From Thelocarpon superellum (taxonomy: Eukaryota), in assembly GCA_026025795.1 (NCBI GenBank), contig JAPEUG010000052.1, positions 45,492-65,491 on the forward strand: DNA of 20,000 bases. Reading direction: 5' to 3'. The notes under the pieces are model-generated. The model was not told the DNA's origin and searched no databases. It worked only from the letters and a program-made list of their open reading frames with translations. The position numbers were made by a program, and so were the translations under genes. Positions 19,572 through 20,000 of the stretch are shown here, in pieces (the stretch's first letter is position 1; every line of letters begins with the position of its first letter).

Positions 19572-20000
19572 GATTGCAAGTGCTGATCGGTAGAAGAACC
19601 CTCTGCTGAGACACAGGAGACGGGCGCAGTGGAGAGTCACGGAGGGAGGTTATCGCGTGTCAGCGTGGACGAGAGTGTTGGGAAAGAGTGGAAGCGGCAT
19701 CACACACGGGGTCGGCTTACTGCAAGAATGTTACCGCAACGTCTGCGTCGAGCGGTCCAACGGACGCATTCAAGCAGCCAGGACAATACCACCGCGCGGG
19801 ATCGCGGTGAAGGCCCGCGGAAGCAGAGGTTGGCGCGGGGCAGTGAAGGAGGGACATTTCTTTGTCCGGACCCTCCGCGCGCCCCCGACGTCACCCACGC
19901 AGCCGCTAAGCTGCTCCGGGCCAATTACAGTTTCGGGACGACCCGTCTATCCGCCTGGCTGGCTGTCTGCCCGTCTGTCTGGCGGCCGGTCGCTTATGCA

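Overview
Eukaryotic, GC-rich DNA from a filamentous ascomycete (Pezizomycotina). Evidence for this is short GT-AG introns with CTRAY-type branch sites and an alpha-box mating-type gene. The right end holds a MAT1-1 idiomorph: MAT1-1-1 (minus strand, with the conserved alpha-box intron) and, upstream on the same strand, a 7-exon auxiliary MAT gene that I reconstructed by hand and that the ORF track shows only in fragments. SLA2, the usual neighbour, is not present downstream of MAT1-1-1. That side instead carries a small Cys-containing secreted protein, an HMT1/ABCB6-like half ABC transporter, RTG2 (Ppx/GppA family), a truncated protein-kinase relic and an intronless secreted protein with a probable beta-helix fold. 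A ~140-bp dispersed repeat occurs three times, once upstream of each plus-strand gene. Two of its copies form an inverted pair around a ~5-kb segment, and the copies differ partly by CpG transitions. Several microsatellites and a probable partial gene at the left edge complete the window. All calls come from reading the sequence; no database searches were run.
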